This document shows positions 54,929-56,815 of a stretch of DNA of 56,815 nucleotides, piece by piece. The DNA lies in the NCBI GenBank assembly GCA_009694565.1, contig SHUR01000001.1, forward strand, positions 1 to 56,815, in the 5' to 3' direction. Numbering within the stretch: position 1 is the stretch's first letter; each line of letters starts with the position of its first letter. Origin of the DNA: Ilumatobacteraceae bacterium (GTDB lineage: Bacteria; Actinomycetota; Acidimicrobiia; Acidimicrobiales; Ilumatobacteraceae). Made by a program: the position numbers and the translations under genes. The notes under the pieces are model-generated. The model was not told the DNA's origin. It saw only the letters and a program-made list of their open reading frames with translations, and did not search any database.

Positions 54929-55978
54929 TTAGAAACCGTATGAAGCTGCAAGTGCAGGGTCACGCTCTGCCAGTTGGCGAGCAAGTTGAACAACAACTTT
55001 GCACTGCTTGACGGATGCATCGTCTTCCATTTTCCCATCGAGCATGACTGCACCTGTTCCATCTCCCATTGCGTCAATTACTCGCTGGGCTTGCAGTACG
55101 TCAGACGGACGGGGACTAAACACGCGCTTTGCGATATCAATCTGTACAGGGTGAAGGCTCCATGCGCCAACGCAACCAAGCAGGTATGCATTGCGGAACT
55201 GATCTTCACATGCGACGGTGTCTTTGATGTCACCAAATGGACCATAGAACGGAAGTACTCCGTTCATCACACAGGCGTCAACCATGCGGGCAAGTGTGTA
55301 ATGCCACAGGTCTTGTTGATACACAGTGCGTGCACCTTCGTAATTGTCGCCCTCGGGGTCTGCTCGAACGATGTAGTCAGGGTGGCCACCACCAACACGG
55401 GTGGTTTTCATGCGACGGTTTGCTGCAAGGTCTGCTGGACCGAGAGAAATTCCTTGCATACGAGGAGAGGAAGCACAAATTTCTTCAACGTTTGCTACTC
55501 CGCGAGCTGTTTCGAGAATCGCATGAAGAAGTAATGGCTTCTTCAAACCGGCGCGTGCTTCAAGTTGTGCAAGCAGGCGGTCAACGTAGTGAATGTCTTC
55601 AGGGCCTTCCACTTTTGGAATCATGATGACATCGAATTTGTCTCCGGCTTGAGTGACGATGTCGATGATGTCATCAAGGAACCACGGTGAGTCGAGACTG
55701 TTGACGCGTGTCCACAATTGAGTGGTACCGAAGTCGAGAGTGTTGGCAACCTTGATAAGGCCAGCACGTGCTGCTGCCTTGTCTGCCATTGGAATTGCAT
55801 CTTCCAAGTTGCCAAGGATGATGTCGACGTTAGGAATGGTGTCTGGAAGTTTTGCAACCATCTTTTCGTTGTGCGGCGGAAAGAAGTGAATGACACGACT
55901 GGGCTTGAAAGGAATCTCTTGTACGGGGGCTGGAGCTCCGGCGGCAAGGGGTTTGAAAAAGTCACGAGATGGGCGCAC
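54929..55978 (-). CDS. HpcH/HpaI aldolase / CitE-family protein, long form; resembles malyl-CoA / beta-methylmalyl-CoA / citramalyl-CoA lyase (Mcl-like)
   Basis: 349 aa with a GTG start. It has [74 protein letters not shown] and GAWSLHP. Its length matches the long Mcl type as I remember it. Confidence 0.7.
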   Translation of the reverse strand: MRPSRDFFKPLAAGAPAPVQEIPFKPSRVIHFFPPHNEKMVAKLPDTIPNVDIILGNLEDAIPMADKAAARAGLIKVANTLDFGTTQLWTRVNSLDSPWFLDDIIDIVTQAGDKFDVIMIPKVEGPEDIHYVDRLLAQLEARAGLKKPLLLHAILETARGVANVEEICASSPRMQGISLGPADLAANRRMKTTRVGGGHPDYIVRADPEGDNYEGARTVYQQDLWHYTLARMVDACVMNGVLPFYGPFGDIKDTVACEDQFRNAYLLGCVGAWSLHPVQIDIAKRVFSPRPSDVLQAQRVIDAMGDGTGAVMLDGKMEDDASVKQCKVVVQLARQLAERDPALAASYGF

Positions 55979-56048
55979 CCCTTAATCGTATGGGAAATGG
56001 TCACAAGTTCATCTGTTCTGCTGGCTCATATCTCCTAGTGTCGTTAGC

Positions 56049-56729
56049 ATGAGCCAGCAATACGACGCCATTCTTTTTGATGCTGGGGGAGTGTTCCTTA
56101 TCCCAGACCCAGCAGTGTTGGCACCGACCTTGGCCTATTACGGCGCTACGACTGAACTAGACGTATATGTTCGTGCTCACTACGGCGCTATGGCGGCTAA
56201 ATCACGACAGGGTTCCGGCGAAGACGACTGGTCGTACTACAACACCGCGTACGTGCAATTAGTGGGTGTGCCCGAACACAATCGAGAAGTGGCAACATAC
56301 GTGCTGTCTCGTACCCGTCATGCTCTCTTGTGGCGTGCGCCTCTTGCAGGTTCTGCTGAAACACTTCGTGGACTCAACGCTGCTGGGGTCCCCATTGGAA
56401 TTGTCAGTAACGCAAGTGGACAGATAGAGGAAATTCTTGGTCGCAGTGGTATTTGTCAAGTGGGAGATGGCCCGTTAGCAAGTGTTCGATGCATTATTGA
56501 TAGTCATGTTGTCGGAGTCATGAAGCCCGACCCACACATTTTTGACTTCGCGTTGCCGTTCTTTGCAGGCATTGACCGGTCGCGTATCGCCTACGTAGGC
56601 GACAGCGTTGTCATGGATGTTGGCGGTTCAACAGCAGCAGGACTCATCCCGATTCTGGTTGACCCATATGACGATGCCATCGATTTGGTTACCTGTCGAC
56701 GCATTACGTCGTTGCTAGAGCTTTTGTAG
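56049..56729 (+). CDS. HAD superfamily hydrolase (subfamily IA-like)
   Basis: 226 aa. Motif I is ILFDAGGV, with Gly in the second-Asp position as in YihX-like members. Motif II is IVSNAS. It also has KPDP and a late GDS..MD motif. Confidence 0.75.
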   Translation: MSQQYDAILFDAGGVFLIPDPAVLAPTLAYYGATTELDVYVRAHYGAMAAKSRQGSGEDDWSYYNTAYVQLVGVPEHNREVATYVLSRTRHALLWRAPLAGSAETLRGLNAAGVPIGIVSNASGQIEEILGRSGICQVGDGPLASVRCIIDSHVVGVMKPDPHIFDFALPFFAGIDRSRIAYVGDSVVMDVGGSTAAGLIPILVDPYDDAIDLVTCRRITSLLELL

Positions 56730-56815
56730 CTATTTTTTGGCGTCGCAAAGGTTCTTTGCTATCACCTTCAGGCACAGAGTTTCGTCTGCACCTTCAAAGA
56801 TCGACAACACGCGAG
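56730..56815 (-). CDS. Acyl-CoA dehydrogenase, C-terminal 27 codons only (gene enters from the right edge)
   Basis: Hand translation of the reverse strand gives RVLSIFEGADETLCLKVIAKNLCDAKK*. This matches the conserved ACAD C-terminal I-x-E-G-x-x-E motif. The stop (56730-56732) abuts the HAD stop with zero gap. Confidence 0.5.
   Translation of the reverse strand, partial: RVLSIFEGADETLCLKVIAKNLCDAKK

Noticed and set aside
1-56815. Mobile elements, prophage, CRISPR, tRNA/rRNA, and defence or toxin-antitoxin islands
   Set aside because: No integrase, transposase or recombinase-like ORF is present. There are no terminal inverted or long direct repeats and no spaced repeat arrays. No intergenic gap is long enough (maximum 109 bp) to hold a tRNA plus flanks or an array. 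Every ORF over 140 aa that I accept has a metabolic, housekeeping or transport-like character, or is a lone hypothetical.

Overview
This window is a very dense chromosomal segment. By my tally only about 1.2 kb of 56.8 kb is non-coding, and the longest gap is 109 bp. GC is roughly 50% by eye.

The gene content reads like core and peripheral metabolism of a streamlined actinobacterium:
- AceE sits apart from an lpdA-E2-lipB/lipA block, resembling mycobacterial dlaT-lipB-lipA synteny.
- There are three luciferase-like (F420-type) oxidoreductases.
- MscL, HrpB, MetH and class I fumarase are present.

I call 50 protein-coding genes, two of them truncated at the window edges. I also call one weak intrinsic terminator, one candidate promoter, one candidate operator palindrome and one short in-frame tandem repeat.

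I see no rRNA, tRNA, CRISPR array, transposase, integrase, prophage genes or recognisable defence or toxin-antitoxin genes. I did not find a convincing self-contained novel system.

The leads most worth a second look are:
1. lipB and lipA are fused into one reading frame directly after the E2 substrate gene.
2. A tandem pair of CitE-family genes looks like malyl-CoA lyase plus malyl-CoA thioesterase, which would form a split malate synthase.
3. A four-gene chain with overlapping stops and starts encodes an SDR, an MFS transporter, an uncharacterised cytoplasmic molybdopterin oxidoreductase and MscL.
4. A compositionally atypical (about 43% GC), monocistronic gene encodes a secreted, acidic, Q/N-rich protein with no recognisable family.
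5. The packing is extreme. Four convergent gene pairs have stop codons 0-3 nt apart, and about eleven junctions have overlapping stop and start codons.

All functional calls come from motif and family recognition by eye. No database search was run.
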